From positions 2,028 through 66,027 of the forward strand of contig JBNKTL010000020.1 in assembly GCA_050298055.1 (NCBI GenBank): a stretch of DNA of 64,000 nucleotides, given 5' to 3'. This document shows, one piece after another, positions 29,346-39,060 of this stretch (its first letter is position 1; the number at the start of each line of letters is the position of its first letter). The notes beneath the pieces were generated by a model, which saw only the letters and a list, made by a program, of their open reading frames with translations, did not search any database and had not been told where the DNA came from. The stretch comes from Spirochaetota bacterium (GTDB lineage Bacteria; Spirochaetota; UBA4802; UBA5550). The translations under genes and the position numbers were made by a program.

Positions 29346-29378
29346 GCATAAGGTTCCCGCTTTTTTTATGTTAACAAT
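29346..29378 (+). terminator. Intrinsic terminator after the LysM lipoprotein gene
   Basis: A 7-bp stem (gcgggaa/ttcccgc) with a 10-nt loop, followed by TTTTTTT. Confidence 0.65.
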
Positions 29379-29562
29379 GAAACATAATCCTGCACATAAG
29401 ACCAATAGTGTATGGGGATAACCGACGCGTCCCGTAGGTCATTGATGGGGCACATTACGGATATTTTATTAAATTTGTATATTTTAGCTGGAGACGTGAG
29501 TAATTTCAAAAAATAATTTTTTTATGTTTGTACTTTTGTTAAAAAAAAGATAGTATTAGATG

Positions 29563-29591
29563 TTGACTGATAGATGTTGTTTCTCAATAAT
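29563..29591 (+). promoter_or_regulatory. Candidate promoter TTGACT-N17-AATAAT upstream of the sigma factor gene
   Basis: Hexamers with a 17-nt spacer, about 20 nt upstream of the ATG. The -10 match is weak. Confidence 0.3.
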
Positions 29592-29608
29592 ATCCATGGT
29601 AATATAAA

Positions 29609-30598
29609 ATGAGTCAAAAGGACAATGATTATAATGACCTTGACGAAGCATTTGACGGTGAATCTTTGAGACCCGATATAATGCTTGAAAAGCTGTCATC
29701 CGAGGACGATAAAAACCACCAGGATGAGACGGAAAAGAGGAAGGTCCGAAAGAGAAAAAAGAGCAACTTTTCCGATTCTTCGATTTCCTGGTATCTTGAA
29801 CAGATCAATAAGATACCGCTTCTTTCCCGGGAAGATGAAGACAAACTCGCACGGGCATCCCGGGAGGGTGATGAGCTTGCCAAGAATAAGATTATCCAGG
29901 CCAATCTCAGGTTTGTGGTATCAATCGCAAAGAAGTACCAGACAAGCGGTATTTCACTTCTCGACCTGATAAATGAAGGAAACATGGGACTCATTAAGGC
30001 CGCGGAGAAATTTGATCCCGACAGGGGCTATCACTTCATCTCCTATGCGGTCTGGTGGATAAGGCAGGCAATTATTCTTGCTATTTCCCAGAAGGCCTCG
30101 CTTATCAGGCTGCCCCTGAACAGGACGGCCGACATCCAGAAGATTGAAAAAGTCAACAAGAAACTTGAAAACAAATTGGGCAGGGAACCCACTCCGGCGG
30201 AGATAGCGGAAGATATTGACCTGAACGACGAAGAGATAAACCACCTGAGGAACATAACCCAGGACTTTATCTCCCTTGATTCCTTCTATGGGGATTCCGA
30301 AGATACAACCATCCTCAGCATGATTGTGGATTCACGGATTGATTCTCCGGACAGGAAGGTCCTGGATGAGTCTCTTAAGAACGCGCTGGATGATATTCTC
30401 AGCACTCTTACCGAATCCGAGAGGGAGATACTGAGGATGAGATACGGCCTCAACGGATACGAGCCCATGTCGCTGCAGCAGATTGGTGACAGGTTTCATC
30501 TCTCCAAGGAGAGGATAAGACAGATAGAGAAAAAAGCAATCAGGCGCCTGAGACATCCCTCCAGGAGCCAGAAGCTCAAGAGCTTTTTACAGGACTAA
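29609..30598 (+). CDS. RpoD-family sigma-70 factor (329 aa; short housekeeping-type or group-2 sigma)
   Basis: Regions 1.2, 2, 3 and 4 are present ([12 protein letters not shown]..., [40 protein letters not shown]). The acidic N-terminus is short. Confidence 0.8.
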   Translation: MSQKDNDYNDLDEAFDGESLRPDIMLEKLSSEDDKNHQDETEKRKVRKRKKSNFSDSSISWYLEQINKIPLLSREDEDKLARASREGDELAKNKIIQANLRFVVSIAKKYQTSGISLLDLINEGNMGLIKAAEKFDPDRGYHFISYAVWWIRQAIILAISQKASLIRLPLNRTADIQKIEKVNKKLENKLGREPTPAEIAEDIDLNDEEINHLRNITQDFISLDSFYGDSEDTTILSMIVDSRIDSPDRKVLDESLKNALDDILSTLTESEREILRMRYGLNGYEPMSLQQIGDRFHLSKERIRQIEKKAIRRLRHPSRSQKLKSFLQD

Positions 30599-30600
30599 AG

Positions 30601-31671
30601 ATGATCTTCACACTGCTTGGTTTCCTTGCGGGATTCATATTGAACTTCTTCCTCCTCGTTCCGGAAACAGGTGCGGGTATAACACCGCAATTTTACGGTT
30701 CCCCTGATAATATGGAAATGATTGAGAAGGGGCATTCTCCTGCCGGAGAAAAATCTGAATTTTCCGTGAAAACCGAAAAGGGGATCTATCTTGTTGATAA
30801 TACCGGCAGTCTCATTGCCCGGAAGGAACTCTCCGACGGACTTGCCGCCGCAAGCGGAAACGGCAGGTTTTTTGTAAAGTATACAAAGACGGGTAATTCC
30901 GCCGAACTCTATAACATCAGCGGGGACCGGTTCTGGAAGATCAGGAGCCTCGAGTATCCCTCTCTCTCTTACAGCGGAAAGCTTATCCTGCTTCTCAACG
31001 GAGACCACAGCAGAGTGAGGGCCGTGGATGAGAATTGCCGTTTTATCCTGAAGGAGGGTATCCAGGGACGATTCTGCACTGTTCTCTCATTTTCCGAAAA
31101 GTCGGATATTGCCGCCCTGGGGTTCCTGGATGGGAGTTACCATGTTGTCAGCAGGGGGAAGGGTGTTCTTCTCAGCGGCCATCTTCCCGCGGGTAACAGT
31201 GTAAAGGGAATATCTCCCAGTAACAACGGCAAATATTGCGCGATACGTTACGGGGACACGGAGAGTGATACTCTGAGACTTGTCAACATTCAGGAAAATT
31301 CCAGCAGGAATGTAAAACTTGCAGATGTAAGATATACAAAATCTCCGCTCCATGTCACCGATGCCGGGTTTACCACTGTTCTGGGAAAAGAGAGTATTCT
31401 TAATATGGGGAGAAACGGTGACCTGATTTTCAGGATACTTGTCCCTCCCGCCAGAGATTCATTTGCCAGGATCAGCTTTAACGGCAACTATTATAGTGTT
31501 ACCTACTCAATGAAATCGGGGGGCTCCAAGCTGATCCTCTTTAACAGGGAAGGGAAGATCCTCTTCTCCCGGGAGTATGCAGATGAGGCCTACCTGGACA
31601 ACGAGATTAACGGGCACTTTATCCTGTTAAAAGGTCCCGGGCATATTTACTGTTATAGACTTCACGGTTAA
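30601..31671 (+). CDS. Hypothetical membrane-anchored beta-rich (propeller-like) protein
   Basis: It has an N-terminal transmembrane segment and a repetitive beta-strand-rich sequence. The ORF lies 2 nt downstream of the sigma factor gene. Confidence 0.4.
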   Translation: MIFTLLGFLAGFILNFFLLVPETGAGITPQFYGSPDNMEMIEKGHSPAGEKSEFSVKTEKGIYLVDNTGSLIARKELSDGLAAASGNGRFFVKYTKTGNSAELYNISGDRFWKIRSLEYPSLSYSGKLILLLNGDHSRVRAVDENCRFILKEGIQGRFCTVLSFSEKSDIAALGFLDGSYHVVSRGKGVLLSGHLPAGNSVKGISPSNNGKYCAIRYGDTESDTLRLVNIQENSSRNVKLADVRYTKSPLHVTDAGFTTVLGKESILNMGRNGDLIFRILVPPARDSFARISFNGNYYSVTYSMKSGGSKLILFNREGKILFSREYADEAYLDNEINGHFILLKGPGHIYCYRLHG

Positions 31672-32491
31672 CATCACGGGAAACCCGTTTTAAGATTTCC
31701 TCAAGTCTTTTGTTGGACCTCTTTGCCGCTCCGTCTGCGACCACTTTTATTTTTTTTCTCAGTGATTTGACCGCTGCTTTTTCGTAACCGGGGGGCAGCT
31801 CTTCGCGGTCTCTTTCAAGAAGTTTTATAATGGAGTAGATCCGGAACCTGTCCATGCCCCAGAACCTCGCGGAAAGCTGGTCGCTGTGGCCGCCAAATTT
31901 TTTCACATGGTATTCATCAATCAGCCCGGTTTTTTCCCGGGACGTTATCCTGAGCCAGAGGTCGTAGTCTTCACAGGCGGGCATCTTTTCATCGAAGGTC
32001 CCGTATGTCTCCAGGATTTCTCTGTGGATACAGACGGCAGAGGGGCTGATCAGGCAGAGTTCCAGTGATTCCGTGAAAATATCCCCCTCTCTTTTTTTAT
32101 GCTTTAACCGGGGGTTGATCCTTTTCCCGTTTCGTATCCAGATTTCATTTGTCTGGTGAATGAAGATGCCGTTGTTCTCTTCAATGTATTCCCTGTGGAC
32201 CCGGAGCTTCTCCTTCATCCAGAGATCGTCGGAGTCGAGAAAGAGGACGCAGTGTGAATCGCTCTCCTCTATCCCCCTGTTCCGGGCGGAGCTGACCCCG
32301 GAATTCTCCTGGCGGATGTACCTGATCTTTCCCCGGTTGAGTTCCTCAAGCCGGAAGGTCCCGTCCTCGGACCCGTCATCCACAACGATGAGCTCGAAGT
32401 CCCGAAAGCTCTGGTCCAGTACGGAGTCGATGGCGTTCTTCACCACGGCGAACCTGTTGTGGGTGGGAATGATGACGGAGAAGTAGGGCAT
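31619..32491 (-). CDS. Family-2 glycosyltransferase
   Basis: It has the GT-A N-terminus (FSVIIPTHNR...LDQSF.DFELIVVDDGSEDGT) and a DxD motif. Confidence 0.8.
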   Translation of the reverse strand: MPYFSVIIPTHNRFAVVKNAIDSVLDQSFRDFELIVVDDGSEDGTFRLEELNRGKIRYIRQENSGVSSARNRGIEESDSHCVLFLDSDDLWMKEKLRVHREYIEENNGIFIHQTNEIWIRNGKRINPRLKHKKREGDIFTESLELCLISPSAVCIHREILETYGTFDEKMPACEDYDLWLRITSREKTGLIDEYHVKKFGGHSDQLSARFWGMDRFRIYSIIKLLERDREELPPGYEKAAVKSLRKKIKVVADGAAKRSNKRLEEILKRVSRDVNREVYNSKYARDLLTG

Positions 32492-32494
32492 GGA

Positions 32495-32848
32495 TTAATA
32501 AAAATCAGTTAACGATTCAGACAATCTCTTCAATTGCGTTAACAATTCCGGAATATTTCTTTTGACTGTGTCCCAGACAATTTCATCCTCGATAACATCG
32601 TAACCGTGAATTATTACGTTTCTAAAACCTATAATCTCCTTCCAGTTATCGATATTTGAAAGCAGTTCAATATTGATATTTTTTATCCTGTTTAATGCTT
32701 CACCAATTATTTCAAATTCCCTTTCTATTGCGGCTTTTGTCTTTGAATCGTTAAAATATTCTTCACCATCTAATCCTTCAGTGAATTCCAGGATCAGTTC
32801 GCAGGCTTTTATAGCATCTTCAATACATACAAGCGGATCATGCAGCAT
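32495..32848 (-). CDS. hepT: HepT-like (DUF86) toxin of a HepT/MntA toxin-antitoxin pair
   Basis: The DUF86 motif RNVIIHGYDVIEDEIVWDTV is present. It is 117 aa and is paired with the upstream nucleotidyltransferase. Confidence 0.75.
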   Translation of the reverse strand: MLHDPLVCIEDAIKACELILEFTEGLDGEEYFNDSKTKAAIEREFEIIGEALNRIKNINIELLSNIDNWKEIIGFRNVIIHGYDVIEDEIVWDTVKRNIPELLTQLKRLSESLTDFY

Positions 32849-33191
32849 ATATTTCCCTTACATTTGAAAAAATATATTTCTTTATACGCTGGTTTTTTAT
32901 GGCACCGGGCATGACAATATCAACAGATCGGTTAAAAAGTTTTTCAAGTTCAAACTTTATATTCATATATCGCACCATTCCGTTCTCCGGATTATCCAGT
33001 TCTAACAAAACATCAATATCACTGCTTTCTTTAAAATCCTCGGTTAGTACGCTTCCGAAAACCGCAAGTGACCTCACATTGTAAGTCTGACATATCTTTA
33101 TAATATCGTCTTTATTTTCTTCGATTATTTTCATGTTTGATCCTTTGATTGCATCATAATAACAATTTCTCATATAAAAAAAATATGTCAA
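32838..33191 (-). CDS. mntA: MntA-like minimal nucleotidyltransferase antitoxin
   Basis: It has the nucleotidyltransferase motif LAVFGSVLTEDFKESSDIDVLLELD. It overlaps hepT by 11 nt. Confidence 0.75.
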   Translation of the reverse strand: MTYFFYMRNCYYDAIKGSNMKIIEENKDDIIKICQTYNVRSLAVFGSVLTEDFKESSDIDVLLELDNPENGMVRYMNIKFELEKLFNRSVDIVMPGAIKNQRIKKYIFSNVREIYAA

Positions 33192-33322
33192 TACTGATTT
33201 GATGATGTTGATTTGCTTTTTTTTAATCGAGAAATGTCTGCTTTTTTCCCTTATTTTCTGGAAGGATGGGAGAGAAGTTATATTTTTCTTGTAATATTCA
33301 TTGTATTTGTTAGGGTGAATTT

Positions 33323-33370
33323 GAATTTTGTGCCCTTACCCCCCGTCCCCCTCTCCCAGGGGGAGAGGGG
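33323..33370. repeat. Family-2 C-run/G-run hairpin (ccccctctccc AGG gggagaggggg), partial copy upstream of ispG
   Basis: An 11-bp perfect stem. It resembles the C5-N3-G5 hairpins at 34511-34590 and 39851-39940. Confidence 0.5.
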
Positions 33371-33403
33371 GTGAGGGAATTAAATATAACCAGGTAAATA
33401 CCT

Positions 33404-34483
33404 TTGAGAAAACGAAGAAAAACACGAAACGTAAAAATCGGAAAAACCGGGATCGGCAGCGATTACCCGGTCTCCATTCAGTCCATGACCAATGTCCCCA
33501 TAGAGGATGTTCCCGGGACAATAAGCCAGGTCAACGAGCTTGCTGAGAACGGCGCGGATTTTGTCCGCCTGGCTGTCCGCAACGAGAGCTCCGTTTTGAA
33601 CTTAAAAAAGATCATTGAGGCGGTGAATGTCCCCCTTATCGCGGACATACACTTCAACTATAAAATAGCCATAAAGTCAATTGAGGCGGGGATAAAAAAG
33701 ATCCGCCTCAATCCCGGCAACATCCCCAACCCGGCGCACGTAAAGGAAGTAATCAAGGCGGCAAAGGAGCGTTCCGTGCCCATACGGATCGGTGTAAACG
33801 GAGGCTCCATCAACAGGAAGAAGTACAGCCATGTGGACCCGGAAAGCCTTGTGGACTCGGCCCTGGAGCATATAAAGATCCTTGAGGAGAACGACTTCCA
33901 TGATATTGTCGTATCCATTAAAACATCGGATATCTACCAGACCATAGACTCCAATATCCTTTTCGCGGAGCAGAGGGACTACCCGGTCCATATCGGGCTC
34001 ACGGAGGCGGGATACGGCATCTACTGCGCGGTGCAGAGCTCCCTGGTCATGGGGCATCTTTTGATGCGGGGGATCGGCGACACCATCAGGGTCTCCATGA
34101 CCGGCAACCCGGTTCATGAACTTGAGGTGGCCCGGAACATCCTTGAGACCACCGGCGACCGGAAAGCAAGCGTAAGGATGATATCCTGCCCCACCTGCGG
34201 AAGGACCGACACGCGGATTGACGTCCTTGAACTGAGCCGCAGCGTGGAAAAGGAATGCAGGGAGAGGTTCGGGAAGAAACTAGCGGAGGAGAAGAGGACA
34301 TTGACCGTGGCGGTCATGGGCTGCGAAGTGAACGGTCCGGGAGAGGCAGCCGAGGCCGATGCGGGCATAGCGGGAGGCCGTGACGGCAATATGCTCCTCT
34401 TTGCCCGGGGAGAAAAGATCAGGATGGTGAAGAGTGATGAGGCGGTGGAGATGCTGATAAAGGAAGTGGAGAAGATCGTTTAG
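33404..34483 (+). CDS. ispG: 4-hydroxy-3-methylbut-2-enyl diphosphate synthase IspG (GcpE)
   Basis: The GcpE TIM-barrel is present (YPVSIQSMTN..., VRLAV) together with a C-terminal Fe-S domain (CPTCGRT...MGCEVNGPGE). Confidence 0.9.
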   Translation: MRKRRKTRNVKIGKTGIGSDYPVSIQSMTNVPIEDVPGTISQVNELAENGADFVRLAVRNESSVLNLKKIIEAVNVPLIADIHFNYKIAIKSIEAGIKKIRLNPGNIPNPAHVKEVIKAAKERSVPIRIGVNGGSINRKKYSHVDPESLVDSALEHIKILEENDFHDIVVSIKTSDIYQTIDSNILFAEQRDYPVHIGLTEAGYGIYCAVQSSLVMGHLLMRGIGDTIRVSMTGNPVHELEVARNILETTGDRKASVRMISCPTCGRTDTRIDVLELSRSVEKECRERFGKKLAEEKRTLTVAVMGCEVNGPGEAAEADAGIAGGRDGNMLLFARGEKIRMVKSDEAVEMLIKEVEKIV

Positions 34484-34510
34484 TTATTAAAAATTCAATT
34501 CTCAGTCTTC

Positions 34511-34590
34511 AGAGCCCCCCATCCCCCGGAGGGGGCGTAAGATTTTATTGCATAAACTCTCTTATGCCCCCTTAGGGGGTTAGGGGGTCT
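34511..34590. repeat. Family-2 hairpin-pair repeat (ccccc-GGA-ggggg and ccccc-TTA-ggggg), inverted copy of 39851-39927
   Basis: The reverse complement aligns at roughly 85% identity over about 80 nt with 39851-39927. It lies between convergent ispG and the M23 peptidase gene. Confidence 0.65.
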
Positions 34591-34615
34591 TTCTTCGTGT
34601 GAAATCTTTTTATCT

Positions 34616-35593
34616 TTACCTTCCCCTCACAAAGACTCCCGGATTAATCGGCCTCCCGCTCTTCCTGATCTCAAAGTGGAGGTGGGGACCGGTGGTCTGT
34701 CCCGTATTTCCCGAGAGGGCGATCATCTCTCCCCGTTTAATGATGCTGCCTGTTTTTACCTTTATCCTGTTGAGGTGGCCGTAGTAGCTCCGGTAGCCAT
34801 GTTCATGACCCAGGATAACCAGGTTTCCGTAACCGCCCTTATACCCCGTAAAGAGCACCTTCCCCCCCCTGGCCGCGTAGACCCGTGTGTTTATCCTGCA
34901 TGCCAGGTCCACTCCCGTATGAAACTGGAATTTCCGCCTGTTAAAGGGATTTCTTCTCATCCCGAAACCGGAAGTTCTTTTTCCCCTCACGAGGGGATAC
35001 ATAAAACCTGTTCCGAGAAAGAGTGAGCGCTGCAGACCGGTCAGTTTACCGCAGGGGACAAAGAGAATTTTTTTGGAAAGATCTTCGCTTCCGTTTACCC
35101 GTGCCACATACTCCCGGGTAATCCTGCTTCGTTTAATGATCTCGTTGATCCTTTCCCTTTCGGAGGGATTTATGATAATTCCCCGCATGTTGGGGATAAA
35201 GATGATCTTTCCCGGCCTGATATCCCGGGGAGTTGAGAGGGAGTTTACGGAGATAAGGGTGTCCATGTCCAGTGATGTCCGGGAGAGAATAATCCAGAAA
35301 GTTTCTTCTTTCTTTACCCGGTACCGGTAAAATTTCAGATCGGGCAGTGTTTCCGTGGGACGCCTGCTCTTTACGGTGAAAATTGATCTTCGGATATCTT
35401 TTCTGATAGACTTTAAAAGCTCTGATTTTACCGGATCAAGCTCTTTGAGAAACGGGATCCTCGGAGGAGTGCCGGAGGAAATCTCCGGTAACATCATCAC
35501 GGAGATAAGAAGGAGTAATATTTTCAATTTAATATTTTTTCCGGTCCGTATCATTACAGCAGGCCTTTTTATGTCACTAAGCATATGTTTCAT
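34616..35593 (-). CDS. M23-family metallopeptidase (LytM-like) with a LysM-like region
   Basis: The M23 catalytic motifs HxxxD and HxH are present (FQFHTGVDLA..., GNTGQTTGPHLHFEIR). It has an N-terminal signal/transmembrane segment. Confidence 0.8.
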   Translation of the reverse strand: MKHMLSDIKRPAVMIRTGKNIKLKILLLLISVMMLPEISSGTPPRIPFLKELDPVKSELLKSIRKDIRRSIFTVKSRRPTETLPDLKFYRYRVKKEETFWIILSRTSLDMDTLISVNSLSTPRDIRPGKIIFIPNMRGIIINPSERERINEIIKRSRITREYVARVNGSEDLSKKILFVPCGKLTGLQRSLFLGTGFMYPLVRGKRTSGFGMRRNPFNRRKFQFHTGVDLACRINTRVYAARGGKVLFTGYKGGYGNLVILGHEHGYRSYYGHLNRIKVKTGSIIKRGEMIALSGNTGQTTGPHLHFEIRKSGRPINPGVFVRGR

Positions 35594-35768
35594 TTTCGGT
35601 TGATCAAGGGTCCCGGTTAAGGGATATTTTTAGGTTTTTACTGTTTGACTCAAAAATAAAAAAGTGATAAAAATGAGGGCCTCAGCGGACCATAATGATG
35701 GCTGCTGTTATCCTAAAATAAGGAGGAATACTGCCCCGGGCAATAAAGAGGGGCAGTTGATTTTGCAC

Positions 35769-36311
35769 ATGAAAAATCATTTTATCAGGAAAGTTCTTAT
35801 CGGTTCCCTGCTTGTTGCTTTTTTTACGGCAACAGGATGTTACTACAATTCAACTTATCCCATTGATAACCCGTCAATGAAAAGGGACCCGAAACTCCTG
35901 GGGCAGTGGAAACCGGGTAAATACTCCAAGGAGTATTACGACATAAAAGCCGGGAAGGGCCCCTTTCTCTACAACATAGATCACTATAAGTATGACAGTA
36001 AGTTAAAGAAAGTGGTCCTGAAGATAAAATATACGGGGTATCTTTCGAGAGTGAAGAGTTATAACTTCATGAATGTGAAAAAGATCTGGGAACTGGACTA
36101 TAAGGGGAGAGGAAAGAGTATTCCGGCAGGCAGGCAGAAATACATGTTTTACAAGCTGAACAGACAGGGGGCAAACTTTTCAGCGGATATTGTAACCAGT
36201 AATATCAGGGAGAAGTTCTCTTCGTCAAATGATCTGAAATCTTTTTTCGAAAAATACGCGGACCTGAGCTTTTTTTATCACAGCCAGACTGTAAAATTTC
36301 TTAAGAAATAA
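35769..36311 (+). CDS. Hypothetical lipoprotein
   Basis: The internal ATG gives a canonical lipoprotein signal (MKNHFIRKVLIGSLLVAFFTATGC). Confidence 0.45.
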   Translation: MKNHFIRKVLIGSLLVAFFTATGCYYNSTYPIDNPSMKRDPKLLGQWKPGKYSKEYYDIKAGKGPFLYNIDHYKYDSKLKKVVLKIKYTGYLSRVKSYNFMNVKKIWELDYKGRGKSIPAGRQKYMFYKLNRQGANFSADIVTSNIREKFSSSNDLKSFFEKYADLSFFYHSQTVKFLKK

Positions 36312-36332
36312 AAGAGATTGAAAAAATTAAAA

Positions 36333-36422
36333 AATGCCGGCAATGTGTCCCCGCCGCCTTGAGCGGCGGGGACACATCTATTATTTTTTATTCATTAATA
36401 TATCTATTCTCAACAGAGCTGA
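36333..36422 (+). repeat. Family-1 palindromic repeat element, copy B (15-bp stem ATGTGTCCCCGCCGC, 3' motif AGCTGAGCAGTAACC)
   Basis: The hairpin is at 36333-36367 and the conserved motif at 36408-36422. It starts 22 nt after the stop of the upstream lipoprotein gene. Confidence 0.65.
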
Positions 36423-36560
36423 GCAGTAACCTTAATTCTATTAAAACAAATAAGCAAAAAAATCATATTGACATTTATCCCATATTGAGTAATTTTGAAA
36501 AAACAGCGGGACAATTTACCTTTCAAGAGTCATTGAATATATTTATATAAAGAGGGAATT

Positions 36561-36989
36561 ATGGCATTCACAAAAACCGGGGAAGTTGTAGATAATATTA
36601 TCGGTGAGAATTCTTTTTTTACCGGTAATTTCGTTATAAACGGGTCCCTTAAAATTGACGGCAGGTTTGAAGGGAAATACCTGCAGGCGGAACAACTCTA
36701 TGTTGGACAGGGCGGTAAAATAAAAACCAACATAAGTGCGGTATCGGTCATTGTTGAAGGCCTTATCCTTGGCAATATCAGCGCGAAAAGCCGGGTTATT
36801 CTCATGCCTACCGCAATGGTATACGGGGACATTAAGACCCCGGAACTTATAATCCAGAATGGCGTAATCCTGGAGGGCAGATGCACGATTTCAAATGATC
36901 TCAAGTCCTCTGCCCGTGAGCTTCTTGAAGCAGAATACAAGAAGAACAGGATCATACCCAAAGAGTTTCTTGAAAAGAAAACCGGTTAA
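36561..36989 (+). CDS. Bactofilin (DUF583) cytoskeletal protein
   Basis: It has the beta-helical bactofilin repeats (GSLKIDGRFEG...GKIKTNISAVSVIVEGLILGNISAKSRVIL). Confidence 0.8.
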   Translation: MAFTKTGEVVDNIIGENSFFTGNFVINGSLKIDGRFEGKYLQAEQLYVGQGGKIKTNISAVSVIVEGLILGNISAKSRVILMPTAMVYGDIKTPELIIQNGVILEGRCTISNDLKSSARELLEAEYKKNRIIPKEFLEKKTG

Positions 36990-37962
36990 AATTGGTATAA
37001 CAATCGGTGATCCCGCGGGCATTGGTCCGGAGGTGTCACTGAAAGCCGCGGCCTGTCTTGAAGAAAAATCTCTCATACCTGTGCTTATCGGGAGGAGCGA
37101 AGTGGTTACGGAACTCTATCCCGGCCTCTCCAAAGATTACAGGATAATTGATAACCCTGACATGGAACCTCTGCGGGGGAACAGGTATTTTTACACTACA
37201 GGATCTCACAGGCCTCTCCCGGAACCGGGACGGGGAAGTCCCGAAACCGGGGGCGAATCCCTTGAGTACATAGACACGGCCCTTGAACTCTGGAAAAAGG
37301 GCTTTATTGATGCCGTCGCAACCGCGCCTGTGAACAAGGGATTTATCCAGAAATCGGGAGTGGAGTTTTCCGGCCATACTGAATATATCGCCCGTAAAAC
37401 CGGTGAAGCAAGCCCCCTGATGCTCATGTACTCTCCCGTATTCAGGGTCATACCGGTGACCACCCACATCCCGGTATCAGGTATCATAAATAACCTCAGC
37501 GAAGAGAGAATAACAGAAGCGATCATATCCGGGGCAGGAGCCATTGAAGAGCTTGACGGAAAGAAGGCCCGGGTAGCCGTGGCAGGCCTTGATCCCCACT
37601 GCGGGGACAGCGGCGCCATCGGGGACTTTGATGAGAGGGTCACAAAAATTGCCGTGGAAAACGCGGTGAGGAAGGGGATCGATGTTGAAGGCCCCCTCTC
37701 CGCGGACACTCTCTTTATGCGGGACATCTGGAAGAAGTACAGCCTGGCCATTGCCCTCTACCATGACCAGGGACTCATTCCCTTTAAAGTCCTGGCATTC
37801 GAGAGGGGAGTAAATGTAACCCTGGGGCTGAAGATCATCAGAACATCGGCGGATCATGGGACCGCGTACAACATGGCCGGGAGAGGGGAAGCAGACCACA
37901 GGAGCATGCTTGAGGCCATACTTCTCGCGTACAGGCTTGTCCTGAATAAAAAAGAGGTTTGA
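36970..37962 (+). CDS. pdxA: 4-hydroxythreonine-4-phosphate dehydrogenase PdxA (start uncertain; TTG at 36970 proposed)
   Basis: The PdxA motifs are present (IGITIGDPAGIGPEV, GHTEY, ALYHDQGLIPFKV). The in-frame ATG at 36895 would overlap the bactofilin gene by 95 nt. Confidence 0.75.
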   Translation: MKRKPVKIGITIGDPAGIGPEVSLKAAACLEEKSLIPVLIGRSEVVTELYPGLSKDYRIIDNPDMEPLRGNRYFYTTGSHRPLPEPGRGSPETGGESLEYIDTALELWKKGFIDAVATAPVNKGFIQKSGVEFSGHTEYIARKTGEASPLMLMYSPVFRVIPVTTHIPVSGIINNLSEERITEAIISGAGAIEELDGKKARVAVAGLDPHCGDSGAIGDFDERVTKIAVENAVRKGIDVEGPLSADTLFMRDIWKKYSLAIALYHDQGLIPFKVLAFERGVNVTLGLKIIRTSADHGTAYNMAGRGEADHRSMLEAILLAYRLVLNKKEV

Positions 37963-37971
37963 GGGCGGGTA

Positions 37972-38424
37972 TTACCTTTGCTTTATAAGATTGTTTATAT
38001 TGACGGTGAGTTTTTTGATAATCTCTTCTCTGGTCCTGCCGCTGGCTGAGGTAAATTTTATCTCTCTCACTCTCCCTGACCTTTTAAATTTTATCATTGC
38101 GCTTATTTTCCCCTTGGAAAAGTACTGTTTAAGGCCCCCCTTCTCGCTGTATTCAATAATTTCCGCCCCCGATGAATATGAATAAACAAATATTTCGATT
38201 GTTCCCGATCCCTTCTGCCTGTCCAGTTTGACTTTTATGAGATTTTTAACAGCTTCCGCCCGCAGGTCCAGATCGCTGTTTATTATAACATCCAGGTTCC
38301 TGTAGCTTTTTATGTTTTGCATACATCCGGAGAGAAGTATCGTTGCAAGGAGCAGCAGTTTGATTTTTAAAATTGCTTTTTTTGTTGTACCGGTTGTTAA
38401 TATCATATATACCCAAAAGTACAT
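37972..38424 (-). CDS. Hypothetical lipoprotein
   Basis: It has a signal peptide with a lipobox-like LLSGC. Confidence 0.4.
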   Translation of the reverse strand: MYFWVYMILTTGTTKKAILKIKLLLLATILLSGCMQNIKSYRNLDVIINSDLDLRAEAVKNLIKVKLDRQKGSGTIEIFVYSYSSGAEIIEYSEKGGLKQYFSKGKISAMIKFKRSGRVREIKFTSASGRTREEIIKKLTVNINNLIKQR

Positions 38425-38616
38425 TCAGTATCATTGAACAGGAAAAATCCAATAATTTTTTCTGCTATAATACTTTTTGTTTTACATTGGTCAATCATGT
38501 TAATGAATTATTAGTGATCATTTTACAGAAACCATCCGAAAATAAAAACAGTTGAAAAAATTATATACGTAATCGATCTTGAGTTCAAATATTGACCGGA
38601 AAACCTTTCATCACTT

Positions 38617-39060
38617 ATGAATGAAGCTTTAATTATTAAATCTGTTTTTATCTTTGTCTCTCTCTGGGGGATCGGGATTGTTATGCTCTGGTTCAGGCCG
38701 AGGATCGAGATTTTCTGGAAGATCATCGCGACCCTTATTCTGGGGTTCTATATTTGGTTTTTCTTTGATGAGATTGTCAGCGGGCTCAGCACATTCAAAA
38801 GCGGGTGGGCCGCCTCATCACTCCAGTTCCTCAAGGAGCTGATAACCCTTGTCTTTGTAAACATGTTTTTCTTCTGGCCCCTTGCCCTCATCCTCATCTT
38901 TTACAAGGCCGATGACATCGGGGCGGAGAAACTTCTTAAATTCCTCTGTATTCTCACCCTTATACTCTGGATAGTCTTTGTGGTATATTTTACCTTCAGT
39001 TCAGGTATTGATAAATACCTCTATGAGAACCTGAAGAAGATAATTCCCGATGCTCAATGA
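38617..39060 (+). CDS. Hypothetical polytopic membrane protein
   Basis: It has four hydrophobic helices. Confidence 0.4.
   Translation: MNEALIIKSVFIFVSLWGIGIVMLWFRPRIEIFWKIIATLILGFYIWFFFDEIVSGLSTFKSGWAASSLQFLKELITLVFVNMFFFWPLALILIFYKADDIGAEKLLKFLCILTLILWIVFVVYFTFSSGIDKYLYENLKKIIPDAQ

Noticed and set aside
33328-33546. Small ORFs on both strands spanning the C/G-run hairpin upstream of ispG (33328-33546 +, 33336-33521 -)
   Set aside because: They are driven by the GC-rich palindrome and the ispG 5' region. Translations are low-complexity (P/G/R-rich). ispG occupies the locus.
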